This document shows positions 27,367-27,755 of a stretch of DNA of 27,755 nt, in pieces. The notes under the pieces are model-generated. The model was given only the letters and a program-made list of their open reading frames with translations, searched no databases and was not told where the DNA came from. The position numbers and the translations under genes were made by a program. Within the stretch, counting starts at the first letter, position 1; the number at the start of each line of letters is the position of its first letter. Source of the DNA: a virus (Duplodnaviria; Caudoviricetes); the IMG/VR virus record IMGVR_UViG_3300048611_000003, positions 1 through 27,755 of that record. One strand, given 5' to 3'.

Positions 27367-27594
27367 CTATACTCCAGGTGTACTATCTACACTACCCCAA
27401 GGAGGAGTATTGTCTTCTACCATGTTACCATCTTCTATAGTCTGTTCAGTCTTGTACTCACCTGAATACATAGAGAAAGACTCTGAGCTCATGTGTGCGC
27501 CTGAGTTAGACTCTTGATCTAATGCAGCAGCATCTACAGCAGGCTTGTGTCCAGCATCAAGAAGAAGCTTCTCTTCATATTTAATACAGCTCAT
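27367..27594 (-). CDS. small acidic hypothetical protein
   Basis: 75 aa with a GGAG RBS. First gene of the co-oriented block. Confidence 0.55.
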   Translation of the reverse strand: MSCIKYEEKLLLDAGHKPAVDAAALDQESNSGAHMSSESFSMYSGEYKTEQTIEDGNMVEDNTPPWGSVDSTPGV

Positions 27595-27662
27595 CGGTTG
27601 TGTTACTCCGTTTGTTAGGTATAAAGGTTTAAATTATACAATTTTCCTAGAGGTTAGGGAAA

Positions 27663-27695
27663 CCCACCCCAGCACCCCCACCTGGCCCTTGGCCC
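27663..27695 (-). other. canonical G-quadruplex-forming motif
   Basis: Minus strand reads GGG-CCAA-GGG-CCAGGT-GGGGG-TGCT-GGGG-T-GGG, matching the G3+N1-7 pattern with five tracts. Confidence 0.6.
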
Positions 27696-27755
27696 TTCTT
27701 GTAGAGCTCCGGGTTGTATGATGTTATACTGCATACAATATACAATATACTTAAT

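Noticed and set aside
1-27755. Alternative genetic code or stop-codon reassignment
   Set aside because: The standard code gives full-length, abutting genes ending in TAA, TAG or TGA.

Overview
The window is one dense minus-strand operon: the DNA-packaging and virion morphogenesis module of a short-tailed (podovirus-type) dsDNA phage. In transcription order (right to left) it encodes two small hypothetical proteins, TerS, TerL with an unusual ~285-aa N-terminal extension, portal, a small hypothetical, scaffold and major capsid protein followed by an intrinsic terminator. Next come tail tubular proteins A and B, a 10-repeat tail fibre with an S74 chaperone, five putative internal/ejection proteins and a multidomain lysozyme + LPD23/HEXXH protein. 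The left end is a cluster of small tail/decoration-like genes, including a 59-aa ORF and a truncated DUF2341-like ORF missing from the ORF track. From recall, gene order and motifs resemble marine HMO-2011/Zobellviridae-like podophages; this was not verified by search. I found no tRNA, CRISPR, integrase or reverse transcriptase. The most interesting signals are: (1) competing RBS-sequestering RNA structures ahead of the capsid and scaffold genes; (2) a canonical G-quadruplex motif upstream of the packaging genes; (3) an in-frame duplicated gene end with synonymous changes just before terS; (4) mosaic DNA-identical blocks in the tail-fibre repeats; (5) an ejection apparatus combining an amphipathic membrane-active peptide, a hendecad tube-like protein and a muramidase-metalloprotease polyvalent protein. 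All functional calls come from motif recognition by eye.
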